Source of the DNA: Candidatus Poseidoniaceae archaeon
Lineage (GTDB): Archaea > Thermoplasmatota > Poseidoniia > Poseidoniales > Poseidoniaceae
DNA: 63,237 bases
Direction of reading: 5' to 3'
NCBI GenBank assembly: GCA_938084455.1
Contig: CALKDX010000023.1
Span: 1 to 63,237, forward strand
Shown here piece by piece: positions 7,391-16,255 of this stretch (position 1 is its first letter; each line of letters opens with the position of its first letter). Made by a program: the position numbers and the translations under genes. The notes beneath the pieces are model-generated. The model was not told where the DNA came from and did not search any database. It saw only the letters and a program-made list of their open reading frames with translations.

Positions 7391-9508
7391 ATGCACACGA
7401 ACACGATAAAAACCCTGATCATGACCTTAATCATTGGAACCACAGCACTTGCAGGCTGTTTAGAAAATGAAGACGCTTCAAGCAATGACTCCAACCTTGA
7501 GTCGCTTGTTGTTGCCTTTAGCATCAAAGACGACTACACCAATGTTGATGAGAATCCTCAACGCTTTGCCGACTACCTCGGTCAGGCTCTCAACATGGAT
7601 GTTTCACTCTATCCGATCGATTCAGAGGGCGCTGCAATGCAAGCCCTTCGCTTCGGCAATGCTGACATCGCTTTCATGGATGGCGGAGCAGCGTGGGTTG
7701 GCTGGCAACAGTACGGCCTTGATGCTCTTGCAGCTGACCAAAAATCGGATGGAAGGACATACTACAGCGCACACGCTGTGGTTCTCAAGGACTCTGAAAT
7801 CGCTCAGGCCCACCTTGACGATGACCCCACAACAGACCCATTCTCATTGATGGCAGGCAAAACCTCGTGCCACACAGGCTGGCTCAAATCGGCAGGTATG
7901 CTCCTTCCAATGGGCTTCCTTATTGGCAACGGATATGCGAATGTGATCGGCGATGCGAATGATGTCGAATCTCTCCGCTCAACGATTACTAATTTCTTCA
8001 ATGAAGACGCAAGCATTCCAGACTCCGGAACACCGTACTACTCGTACAGTGGAGCTGTGAAATGCCTCTCTGAAGGTGTTGGCGATGTGGCCTTTGTTAA
8101 AGATTCCACGATTGCTTCTTACTGTGGAAACGAAGACGCATCCATAAACGAGGCTTGGTGCTTACCTGAATCGGATTACATCTTGCTTCCATCGTATGGA
8201 AACGCCCCATCACACCCGGTGATGTACAACCCGGATACTTCCGATGCAACCACAATGGCACTTGTTCAAGACGTGCTGGTTGACATGGCCAACACCGAGG
8301 ATGGCCAATCGATCCTCGAAAATGTATTGAACACCCCAGCTATTTCTGCAACCACTGCCGCCGAACACCTCTCTTCGTACGGCAACCTGATTGAAGACGT
8401 CCCTGGAATCTCTGCATACTACGACACTAAATTCTCGATTAACGATTCCATCGAGCCGACCATCTCGAACATCCGAATCGCCTTCGAAATGAAAGACGAT
8501 TATGAAAACCCAGCCGAGAATCCACAAGTCTTGGCTGATTTCATCGCAGAACAAACCGGAGTGACCGTTACGCTCTACCCAGTCGCTTCTGAAGGAGCAA
8601 TCATCGAAGCTCTCCGCTTCGGTAATGCAGACATCGCATTCATGGACGGCGGTGCTGCTTGGGTCGGTTGGAAAGAATACGGGCTTGCGGCAATGGCTGC
8701 TGACCTGAAGTCTGATGGGCGAACTCATTACGATGCACATGCCGTTGTTCTCAACGGCTCGGACATTGCCAATGCTTACCTCGATAACGATTCTTCCACT
8801 GATCCGTTTGCAATGATGGAAGGCAAGACTTCGTGCCACACTGGCTGGCTCAAATCAGCGGGCATGTTGCTTCCAATGGGCCACCTCATCTCCCAAGGCT
8901 ACGCTCCAGTCGTCGGACCGCAAGACGACATCGAATCATTGCGAGATACGATTACCTCTTTCTTTAACGAAAACGCAAGCATTCCCGAATCCGGAACACC
9001 GTACTCCTCCTATTCAGGAGCAGTCAAGTGTTTGACTGAAGGCGTTGGCGATGTGGCTTTTGCAAAGGACTCCACCGTTGCCTCTTACTGTGGCAATGAA
9101 GATGCAAGCGATAATGCGGATTGGTGTTTGCCGGAATCCGAGTACATCCTCTTGCCATCCTATGGATCTGCACCATCTCACCCCGTGATGTACAACCCAG
9201 CTACGCTTGATGTTCAAACGAGGACTGCAATCCTCAACGCTCTCTTGGCATTGAACAACGAGATGTACGTCGAGGACTATCCAATGCAAGGTCAGAATTA
9301 CACTGGATGCTACTCGATGGTTTCCCATCAAGTTGACTCGACTTCTCCACAAGAAGCATGTGGCGATCAAATCTTGTCCAATGTGTTGAACACGGGTGGC
9401 TTGGTTGAGGTCAACTCACAAGAACATCTTGGCAGCTACAGCAACCTCATCAGCGCCATTCCTGGCATCTCATCGTACTTCGATTCGAAGTATGAAATTG
9501 CGGAGTGA
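7391..9508 (+). CDS. Bilobal transferrin-like substrate-binding lipoprotein of an ABC importer
   Basis: Lipobox signal peptide (MHTNTIKTLIMTLIIGTTALAGC). Two homologous lobes each carry ADIAFMDGG, T(Y/H)Y.AHAVVL, GKTSCHTGWLKSAGMLLPMG, YSYSGAVKCL.EGVGDVAF.KDST and APSHPVMYNP, which parallel the transferrin ligand motifs. It is followed by PhnC/PhnE-type genes. Confidence 0.8.
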   Translation: MHTNTIKTLIMTLIIGTTALAGCLENEDASSNDSNLESLVVAFSIKDDYTNVDENPQRFADYLGQALNMDVSLYPIDSEGAAMQALRFGNADIAFMDGGAAWVGWQQYGLDALAADQKSDGRTYYSAHAVVLKDSEIAQAHLDDDPTTDPFSLMAGKTSCHTGWLKSAGMLLPMGFLIGNGYANVIGDANDVESLRSTITNFFNEDASIPDSGTPYYSYSGAVKCLSEGVGDVAFVKDSTIASYCGNEDASINEAWCLPESDYILLPSYGNAPSHPVMYNPDTSDATTMALVQDVLVDMANTEDGQSILENVLNTPAISATTAAEHLSSYGNLIEDVPGISAYYDTKFSINDSIEPTISNIRIAFEMKDDYENPAENPQVLADFIAEQTGVTVTLYPVASEGAIIEALRFGNADIAFMDGGAAWVGWKEYGLAAMAADLKSDGRTHYDAHAVVLNGSDIANAYLDNDSSTDPFAMMEGKTSCHTGWLKSAGMLLPMGHLISQGYAPVVGPQDDIESLRDTITSFFNENASIPESGTPYSSYSGAVKCLTEGVGDVAFAKDSTVASYCGNEDASDNADWCLPESEYILLPSYGSAPSHPVMYNPATLDVQTRTAILNALLALNNEMYVEDYPMQGQNYTGCYSMVSHQVDSTSPQEACGDQILSNVLNTGGLVEVNSQEHLGSYSNLISAIPGISSYFDSKYEIAE
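7507..9505 (+). repeat. Internal tandem duplication (lobe 1 ~7507-8470, lobe 2 ~8471-9505)
   Basis: Long runs are conserved at protein level and partly at nucleotide level, e.g. ggcaaaacctcgtgccacacaggctggctcaaatc vs ggcaagacttcgtgccacactggctggctcaaatc. Confidence 0.85.
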
Positions 9509-9657
9509 ATTCACAGAGTCTTCCTTGATTGAAACTCGTCGGCACCTAAGAGGATTTTACATGAAATCAACATTAGGGAAAAATCTTGCCTCATACCGTA
9601 TTGGTGGGGGCAACCGTTTGAAAAAGACCTGCTTGCAGGACTAACAGAGGAGATGCT

Positions 9658-10344
9658 ATGAGCGAGGGCGTCGTCTTATCCCTAAATGACTTGGTCATTG
9701 GTTATGATGAGCCTCTGTCAGAGCCTATTTCACTGGAAGTAAAACCAGGGGAAATTATTGCAATTCTTGGACCTTCTGGGATCGGCAAAACAACGCTTAT
9801 CCGTACGATTGCGGGGCTCGTCCGCCCTCTTCAAGGGGATTTTGACCTTCATGTCAAACGGCGCGGTGGCCTTGGCTACATCCCCCAACGCCTCGGCCTT
9901 GTGCGCCATGCAACAGTTGCTCACAACGTCTCATTGGGAGCGAGGATGAATGTCCCATGGTCGAGAACGATGTTCCAAGAGCGAAACGAACGAACACAAG
10001 AAGCGATTCGAACACTCGGAATTGAAGAGAAAGCTGGTGAACCTGTCCGTCGTTTATCCGGTGGTCAGCAGCGCCGTGTTGCAACAGCCAGAACTTTGGC
10101 TCAGCGGCCCGAATTGATGCTTGCTGATGAGTTCCTAGGTGAACTGGATCAGCACAACGTGGATCTTGTTCTTGGGGCCGTTCATGAGTTGGTTGAGAAG
10201 GGAACAGCTGTCATTATGGTGGAACATCATGAGGACAACGCGAAAGATTTTGCAACACGGATTTGGGAAATAAAAAACAAGCGTTTCTCAGACATGTCAA
10301 TTGAGGAGTGGGAACTCCACTCATCGGCGGGGGAAGAGGAATGA
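9658..10344 (+). CDS. ABC transporter ATP-binding protein (PhnC-like)
   Basis: Walker A GPSGIGKTT, signature LSGGQQRRV, Walker B MLADEF. SD agaggag lies upstream. Ends AGEEE, and its stop overlaps the next ATG. Confidence 0.85.
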   Translation: MSEGVVLSLNDLVIGYDEPLSEPISLEVKPGEIIAILGPSGIGKTTLIRTIAGLVRPLQGDFDLHVKRRGGLGYIPQRLGLVRHATVAHNVSLGARMNVPWSRTMFQERNERTQEAIRTLGIEEKAGEPVRRLSGGQQRRVATARTLAQRPELMLADEFLGELDQHNVDLVLGAVHELVEKGTAVIMVEHHEDNAKDFATRIWEIKNKRFSDMSIEEWELHSSAGEEE

Positions 10345-11213
10345 AGTACCGATTATTTGGTGCCCTTTTCATTCTCTTTTTCTTAGCATGGCGTACGCTT
10401 GATGGGTTGGTTGAAGGGGATTGGGGCCGTTTGGAAGGCGGACTTTCGAACCTTGGTGTGTTCTTCTCTGAAAGCATGTGGCCTCCCAATTGGAGCGTGC
10501 TTGAGGCCCGTTCATATCCAGTGTGCGAACAGGACATCGAATTCTTCTGTTCCGTTGGTTATCTTGGCATGATGGAAACGCTCAAAATTGCATTTGTCTC
10601 AACGGTTTTAGGTTTTGTAGGAGCAATCACCCTCTCTTCACTTGCTGCTCGAAACTTGATGCCTCTGTCCATCGCACTCCCGGTCCGTATCTTTCTTTCC
10701 GCAGTACGGAGTTTACCAAGTCTTATTTGGGCCATTTTGTTTGTCATAGTGATCGGTTTTGGGCCGCTCTCAGGCGTTCTTGCGATGACGTTCTACACCA
10801 TTGGCTACCTCGGAAAGTTGCAGTACGAGGTGTTTGAAGGCATGGCCAATGACCCGCTCGAGGCGGGCAGAGCCATGGGTCTTTCTCGCCCCAGCATTCT
10901 GTTGAACATTGTCATTCCAGAGAACAGCAATCATCTGCTAAGTCAGTTGATGTTTATGTTTGAGTACAACGTTCGCCATGGAACAGTGATTGGAATTGTG
11001 GGGGCGGGTGGCATTGGCTATTACATCAGCACATACCTAAAGTTCCTACAATATGACAAGGTATTCGCTTTGCTGATCATCATTTTTGTTGTGGTCGTGG
11101 TCATCGACCTTCTCTCGCTTATGATTCGCTCATTCGTTAACGAAGAGGGCGATGTGAGAAAGCCAACATGGTTGAACACGATCATTGCAGCGAAGAAAAG
11201 ACGAACTGAATGA
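10341..11213 (+). CDS. ABC transporter permease (PhnE-like)
   Basis: Six hydrophobic helices. EAA-type loop (EAGRAMGLSRPSILLNIVIPE). ATG 10341 overlaps the upstream stop (ATGA). The ORF track starts earlier, at 10308. Confidence 0.8.
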   Translation: MKYRLFGALFILFFLAWRTLDGLVEGDWGRLEGGLSNLGVFFSESMWPPNWSVLEARSYPVCEQDIEFFCSVGYLGMMETLKIAFVSTVLGFVGAITLSSLAARNLMPLSIALPVRIFLSAVRSLPSLIWAILFVIVIGFGPLSGVLAMTFYTIGYLGKLQYEVFEGMANDPLEAGRAMGLSRPSILLNIVIPENSNHLLSQLMFMFEYNVRHGTVIGIVGAGGIGYYISTYLKFLQYDKVFALLIIIFVVVVVIDLLSLMIRSFVNEEGDVRKPTWLNTIIAAKKRRTE

Positions 11214-11254
11214 CCATTCGGTCACCGTACGACCTTCAGTCTACGATGTGTGAA

Positions 11255-11494
11255 TCAATTTTGGGTGGAAGAGGCCGTTGGGCGAATTCCTATGCCAGTC
11301 TGAGTGTTCTTCGGTTGGGCGTTGTACACGAGCAAACCCAAAACACCACACACGAGCGGTGCAAATAGGAGAGGTAAGAGCACCGGCAAGAGTTGAACAA
11401 AGGCAGCTACGGTGATCCCAAGTATGCCCAGAACATACCCGATTAAGTTCGTTGTTGAAAACAGTTTTTTTGCGTTTGACAGAAGTCCGTCCAT
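11255..11494 (-). CDS. Small two-helix membrane protein
   Basis: 79-aa ORF with two clear hydrophobic helices. No competing ORF overlaps it. Confidence 0.4.
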   Translation of the reverse strand: MDGLLSNAKKLFSTTNLIGYVLGILGITVAAFVQLLPVLLPLLFAPLVCGVLGLLVYNAQPKNTQTGIGIRPTASSTQN

Positions 11495-11688
11495 GAGAAA
11501 TAAAACGAAAGGGAGGTATATGACGCTGTGTTTTTCAATCTCCCAAAGTACAATTGCATGTATACCCCTAATAATCGAGGCACTGCTTGTTAATTTTAAA
11601 CGGCCAATTATACTAAAACTTTAGAATTTTACATCCTGCCATGCCTTTCGAATGAAACACCAAAATACCTACCTATTTAGGAGATAAT

Positions 11689-12279
11689 GTGTCGGAATCC
11701 CATACCTTGTTATCGAAGGTCATCCACTGGAGTTTCGTTCTCCTCTATGGTTACGGGATTGTTAAACAAATTGATGATTTGTCACAACTCGAAGATACGG
11801 GCTTGTTGTTGTTTGAAGTGATGTTTGCGAGCGTATTCCTAATTCTTGTGATCATGCGTTACCTCTACATGCGGCGGTTTGAGACGTTCCTGGGCGCTCG
11901 TGAACCGGTCCCGATAGTTCATACCTATCTTGCTAAAACTGTCCATGCTGGAATGTATCTCTGTTTGATTCTTCTTCCACTCTCGGGGTTAATGATCGCA
12001 GGATTGTTCACTCAGGGGCACACCAATGAGGATGGATTCGTGCTTGGTCTTGTTCTTGCGGTGCATGGATTCTTTGCAGACCTCAGCTATGTCTTAATCG
12101 CAATTCACGTTGGAGCCGCCCTTTTTTCCCGCTTGAAGGGGGATGGAATCTGGGCATCGATGGTTCCTGTACTGAAAGACACTGGTCCTACAAACAATTC
12201 TTTCATCAAGACCCTCTCATCAAATGAGGAGAAAATCTACGCGAGAGCCGAACAATTCTTTGCCTCAAAAAAGCAATAA
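11689..12279 (+). CDS. Cytochrome b561-like (CybB-family) membrane protein
   Basis: Four helices with His in the positions typical of the family (VIHWSF, VHAGMY, AVHGF, IAIHVGAALF). GTG start is preceded by taggag. Confidence 0.5.
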   Translation: MSESHTLLSKVIHWSFVLLYGYGIVKQIDDLSQLEDTGLLLFEVMFASVFLILVIMRYLYMRRFETFLGAREPVPIVHTYLAKTVHAGMYLCLILLPLSGLMIAGLFTQGHTNEDGFVLGLVLAVHGFFADLSYVLIAIHVGAALFSRLKGDGIWASMVPVLKDTGPTNNSFIKTLSSNEEKIYARAEQFFASKKQ

Positions 12280-12325
12280 CTCCTGTTCATGGACGCTTCA
12301 GCATCCCTTTTTCATGCCAGAGCAT

Positions 12326-12541
12326 TCATTCTGCTGCGATGTGAACCGCTCCGTTCTTGTAGAACACTTGAATCCGATCTGGGACCTTTCGAGTCAATGC
12401 CGAAACGGCTTCGTACACTTCATCTTGCTTGACCTTGAATGAGCGTGCGGCTTTGGCAGTGGACCATGCTACAGTCTCGAAATCTGATTGTCGAATCCAC
12501 TCGAAGAGTCGTGCTTCAAGTTCCGTCAGTTCTTCCGCCAT
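12326..12541 (-). CDS. Small hypothetical protein (possibly winged-helix)
   Basis: ATG at 12541 (MAEELTELEARLFEW...). 71 aa, downstream of gpsA on the same strand. Confidence 0.4.
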   Translation of the reverse strand: MAEELTELEARLFEWIRQSDFETVAWSTAKAARSFKVKQDEVYEAVSALTRKVPDRIQVFYKNGAVHIAAE

Positions 12542-12605
12542 GTGAATCCCATACCGCCTTAGGTGAAAATAACACCGATGCTCGGTGGATGGCAAACGAG
12601 AGGCT

Positions 12606-13604
12606 TCAGTGAAGGGCTACCATTCTACGGCAGCACTCTTCAGCATCGATGTAGCCGTCGAGGAGCGTGTTGAGCGCTTTTGTGAATGGGACTTGGATAC
12701 CAAGTGCTTCGGCCCTCTCTCCAAACATCCGGGCGGCGCGTACGCCTTCAGCGACCATGTGCATCTCATCAAGCGCCTGTTCGAGATTCAAACCGGTTCC
12801 AAGTTTTTCTCCCATGGACCGATTCCGTCCATGTGGCGAGGTGGCAGTGACGTACAGATCACCAAGACCGGCAGGCCCGAAGGCTACCTCTGCGCGAGCT
12901 CCGAGCTGGGGAAGTAAAATGCATCCTTCTTTGAATCCAGCCATAAAAATGGCCGCTTTCAGGTTGTCTCCACCAAGCGTTCCGACTTGCTTCAAGCCGT
13001 CAACAAGTCCGCAAGCAAGGGCAACCACGTTCTTGAACGCACCCCACAATTCTGCCCCAGCAGGATCGGCTGCTGGGTGAAGAATGAAGGTTTGAGTGGT
13101 GAGGGTAGAAGCAAGGTGTTTGGCCACAGATACGTCTTCGCTTGCCACAAGTGCGGTTGTCATCACACCGGCAGCGGCCTCTGGAGCAATGGTGGGTCCG
13201 GTGACCACGGCAAGGGGATTGTTCTTCTCAGCCAAGTTGAGTTTCTCATGAATGGCTTGTGAGATGAGTTGACTGCCAGGCGCTAGGCCTTTGGCGAGGT
13301 CGAGCAAGACATGGCCAGGGCGAAGGTGAGGAATCACCTGGTCGACGACATCAAGAATGACCGAAGACGGGACCGCAAGAACGACAATTTCGACACCGTC
13401 GAGGGCTTCCTCGATGTGCATGGTGGCCTCCATCCCTTCAACAGGATGATCGGGGAGGTACTTTCGGTTCACGCCATCCATGGTAATCGATTCGTAGACC
13501 TCTTGTTCGATGGTCCAACCTTTGACATGATGTCCGTCAGCCAGCCACATCCTAGCAATCGCTGTACCCCAATTTCCAAGACCTAAAATTGCAATGTGTG
13601 CCAT
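12606..13604 (-). CDS. gpsA: NAD(P)H-dependent sn-glycerol-3-phosphate dehydrogenase
   Basis: Rossmann motif IAILGLGNWGTAIA. Conserved GpsA blocks are present (GPTIAPE, NVVALACGLVDGL, GLGDLYVTATSPHGRNR, VAEGV). I prefer the ATG at 13604 to the track start at 13634. Confidence 0.9.
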   Translation of the reverse strand: MAHIAILGLGNWGTAIARMWLADGHHVKGWTIEQEVYESITMDGVNRKYLPDHPVEGMEATMHIEEALDGVEIVVLAVPSSVILDVVDQVIPHLRPGHVLLDLAKGLAPGSQLISQAIHEKLNLAEKNNPLAVVTGPTIAPEAAAGVMTTALVASEDVSVAKHLASTLTTQTFILHPAADPAGAELWGAFKNVVALACGLVDGLKQVGTLGGDNLKAAIFMAGFKEGCILLPQLGARAEVAFGPAGLGDLYVTATSPHGRNRSMGEKLGTGLNLEQALDEMHMVAEGVRAARMFGERAEALGIQVPFTKALNTLLDGYIDAEECCRRMVALH

Positions 13605-13704
13605 GGCGAACAGAGTGAACGCTGTCCACTTCATTTATGTTGATTCCCTCGGTTACCCTCGAAACAACGGTGGTTTAACGAGGGACTGGTGCTGAACCAG
13701 ACGC

Positions 13705-14910
13705 TCAAAAGAGATCGTCATCGTCTTCTTCAAAGTCAAAGACATCATCGTTTTTCTCTTCTGCTTTTGCCTTGCTTGCCTTCTTTTTAGGCGCTTTCTT
13801 GGCTGGCTTTTCTTCAGGTAGAGCTGCAGTTTCGGCTTCGGTAGAGGCTTCAGGTTCCGCCTTCGCATCTTCCTTCGGCGCTTCTTTGGTTGCTGCTTGC
13901 TGAGCGTTTGGACGAAGTGCTGCTTGTTGAGCTTCCTTTGCTGCGAGCGCAGCAGGTGTTGTACCGGTTTGAGCTGCAAGAGCGCGCCGTCGGTTTTCCC
14001 TCGCCTTTCGTTCGAGTTGACGGTGGCGTGATTTCTCGATGCTTTGAAGCATGTACATTGCATCGTGTTCCAACAATGGTGAATCGGAAATGAGGGTGAT
14101 GTCCAACCATCCACCATCTTCAACGATAAATTCAGCAAGCGGCTCAAAGTTGAGGTCTGATTTCTTGATCTGAGTGTAATGCATAGCGTTCCCTGTTCGG
14201 TGTTCGACGCCAGAGAAGTGGCAATAGAATTCCTTGGTCCCGATGGTCTCTCTCACTTGGTCAAACAATTCCCCGTAATCTTCTGAAGTTCGCATCTTCC
14301 CGTGTCCACGTGCGTGGATGTGGGCGATGTTGAGCACAGGGATGGTGCCTTCAACATGGTTGACGACTTCGAGCACTTCTTCTAGGCTGCCCCATAACTC
14401 CTGCCGGCCTGAGGTTTCAATACCAATCTTCGAAGGGGTACCATCCTTGATCCACGGGAACACGGGGAATTCATCCTCGTCGTCATGCCAGATTTCTGCG
14501 ACTCGGTCAACGACACCCGCGAAGACATTAGCGACCTGTTCATTGGCTGCAGAACCGGGGCTCATGCCGCCATAGTGGCCAGCGTGAAGGGTGATGTGGC
14601 GGGCATTGATGGTGCGTGCTGCTTGGAGGGTTGATTCGATTTTGGCCAATGAACGACCTCGCTCGACACGGTTGCCGAGCAGTTCAGAGTAGTACGGGCC
14701 GTGGATGTTCATCTCGAACTCGGTCTTGTTGGCTAAGACTCCTGCTTGCCAGTACTGCTCAAAGTGGTTTGGAGCCACCATTCGTACGGTTTGAACTTCC
14801 ATTGTTTCTAAGCCAAGGGAGATGATGTCGTCCATTCCTTCGACGATGGTTCGCCCTTTGCATGACAAAGGTACACCTGCGGGTCCGAGTTTTACTGGCA
14901 TAATTGGCAT
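13705..14910 (-). CDS. AP-endonuclease family 2 (endonuclease IV / xylose-isomerase-like TIM barrel) protein with a K/A/E-rich tail
   Basis: Metal-site pattern IHGPYY, ITLHAGH, IGIETS, LNIAHIHARGHG and CHFSGVEH. The C-terminal ~110 aa are low complexity and end in DDVFDFEEDDDDLF. Confidence 0.6.
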   Translation of the reverse strand: MPIMPVKLGPAGVPLSCKGRTIVEGMDDIISLGLETMEVQTVRMVAPNHFEQYWQAGVLANKTEFEMNIHGPYYSELLGNRVERGRSLAKIESTLQAARTINARHITLHAGHYGGMSPGSAANEQVANVFAGVVDRVAEIWHDDEDEFPVFPWIKDGTPSKIGIETSGRQELWGSLEEVLEVVNHVEGTIPVLNIAHIHARGHGKMRTSEDYGELFDQVRETIGTKEFYCHFSGVEHRTGNAMHYTQIKKSDLNFEPLAEFIVEDGGWLDITLISDSPLLEHDAMYMLQSIEKSRHRQLERKARENRRRALAAQTGTTPAALAAKEAQQAALRPNAQQAATKEAPKEDAKAEPEASTEAETAALPEEKPAKKAPKKKASKAKAEEKNDDVFDFEEDDDDLF

Positions 14911-15047
14911 CCCCGCAGGTACAAGCCAAGGGACATCCTATGATAATCCCTTTCCGTTGGCTGTCCGCAAAATCTTGTGATTTCTGCGTCCTTCACAAAG
15001 GTGATACCATACGACCCTTCATGAACTCCAGCCGGTGAGCGGTGGGC

Positions 15048-15755
15048 ATGGACGAGCAAGTTCAAGCGGCCATAAACGCCTTTCAAGACGGCAAACCAGT
15101 CTGCCTTTTTGATTCAGAAAAGCGTGAAGGAGAAACTGATTTGTTGTTCCCCGGACAGTGTGCAGAACCAGAGACCATGCGCCAGTTGCGCCTGGATTGC
15201 GGAGGCCTTCTGTTCCTCGCTATCGGTCATGATGTCGGCGAGCGCTTCGCTCTGCCTTTCCTTCAAGACCTTCACACTCACCCTTCATTGGTTTCAGAAT
15301 TTAACGTGCTCAACCACCTTGTGACAAACGATCTCAGGTATGATGCACGCTCTGCGTTTACCCTTTCGCTCAACCACCGTGAAACTTACACTGGAATCAC
15401 CGACCACGACCGTGCCCTGACCACCCGAAGGTTCGCTGAACTCACTGCTGAACTTATCGATGGCGGTATTGAAGGAGAAGAGGCTCAACAAGCCCTCGGA
15501 AAAGAATTCCGAACACCTGGCCACATTCCAGTGTGCCGAGAAACCGCAGGTGGTCTCGCAAGAAGGCAAGGTCACACAGAACTCGCTGTTGGGCTTGCTC
15601 GCCTCGCAGGCATGACCCCCGTCGTCATCGGCGCAGAAATGCTGCAGCCAGAAGGCGACTATGCTCTATCGGTCGATGACGCCCGCACATGGGCAAACGA
15701 GCGCGGCATTCCGTTTTTGGAAGGTGCTCAACTGATTGACGCACTTGGGCTTTGA
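15048..15755 (+). CDS. ribB: 3,4-dihydroxy-2-butanone-4-phosphate synthase
   Basis: Motifs FDSEKREGETDLLFPG, RTPGHIPV and GHTELAV. ATG 15048 is preceded by ggtgag; the ORF track starts at GTG 15042. Confidence 0.85.
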   Translation: MDEQVQAAINAFQDGKPVCLFDSEKREGETDLLFPGQCAEPETMRQLRLDCGGLLFLAIGHDVGERFALPFLQDLHTHPSLVSEFNVLNHLVTNDLRYDARSAFTLSLNHRETYTGITDHDRALTTRRFAELTAELIDGGIEGEEAQQALGKEFRTPGHIPVCRETAGGLARRQGHTELAVGLARLAGMTPVVIGAEMLQPEGDYALSVDDARTWANERGIPFLEGAQLIDALGL

Positions 15756-15808
15756 AAACAGCCGGTAGAACCTTGTGCAAGTGCATTTTGACAACAATAG
15801 GTGAGGCA

Positions 15809-16255
15809 ATGAAGCGCGTGATGGCGGTTGGAGTGTTTGACCTCTTGCATGCAGGCCATTTGCATTACATGGAGCAAGCAAAGGCGCTTGGTGACCATCT
15901 AACGGTTGTTGTTGCTCATGATGATACCGTTCGAAAGCGAAAGCATGAACCCGTCACCGGTCAAGATTTACGTTTGCGCATGGTCCAAGGCCTGAAACCA
16001 GTCGATTCCGCCATGATTGGCAACCCCCCAGATGTGCCCATCTTCGATATTCTTCCGTCCATCAACCCCGATGTCATTGCCCTTGGTTACGACCAAGAAC
16101 ATGCAGAAGACCGAATTCGGGCCCGCTTGGTTGAACTTGGATATGCCGACATAGAAGTGACTCGAGTTGAAGGCCTTTCAGAAGACCTCGACGGTACAAG
16201 GAAAATCATTGCTCGTATTCTCGAATTGGCCCAATCCACACAGGAGGGCGAGTAA
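15809..16255 (+). CDS. ribL: Archaeal FAD synthetase (FMN adenylyltransferase, cytidylyltransferase fold)
   Basis: MKRVMAVGVFDLLHAGHLHYMEQAKALGDHLTVVVAHDDTV contains the (H/T)xGH nucleotidyltransferase motif. About 148 aa. The stop overlaps the ribE ATG (TAATG). Confidence 0.8.
   Translation: MKRVMAVGVFDLLHAGHLHYMEQAKALGDHLTVVVAHDDTVRKRKHEPVTGQDLRLRMVQGLKPVDSAMIGNPPDVPIFDILPSINPDVIALGYDQEHAEDRIRARLVELGYADIEVTRVEGLSEDLDGTRKIIARILELAQSTQEGE

Noticed and set aside
8210-8839. 209-aa minus-strand ORF inside the transferrin-like gene
   Set aside because: It is antisense to a CDS with strong duplicated family motifs and has no features of its own.
9509-9657. The 150-nt gap between the binding-protein and ATPase genes: small ORF (MKSTLGKNLASYRIGGGNRLKKTCLQD, 9561-9644) or regulatory hairpin
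   Set aside because: The ORF has no SD and no conservation signal. The only inverted repeat (cctgc-tt-gcagg) is too short to be meaningful.
13705-13760. C-terminal PIP box on the Endo-IV-like protein
   Set aside because: NDDVFDFEEDDDDLF lacks the Qxx[LIM]xx[FY][FY] pattern. I kept it only as a generic acidic-aromatic docking-peptide hypothesis.
14911-15047. Possible FMN (RFN) riboswitch upstream of ribB
   Set aside because: I found no recognisable RFN core (no conserved GGGCGGG...CCGAC-type helices). FMN riboswitches are not expected in archaea. This looks like a plain divergent promoter region.
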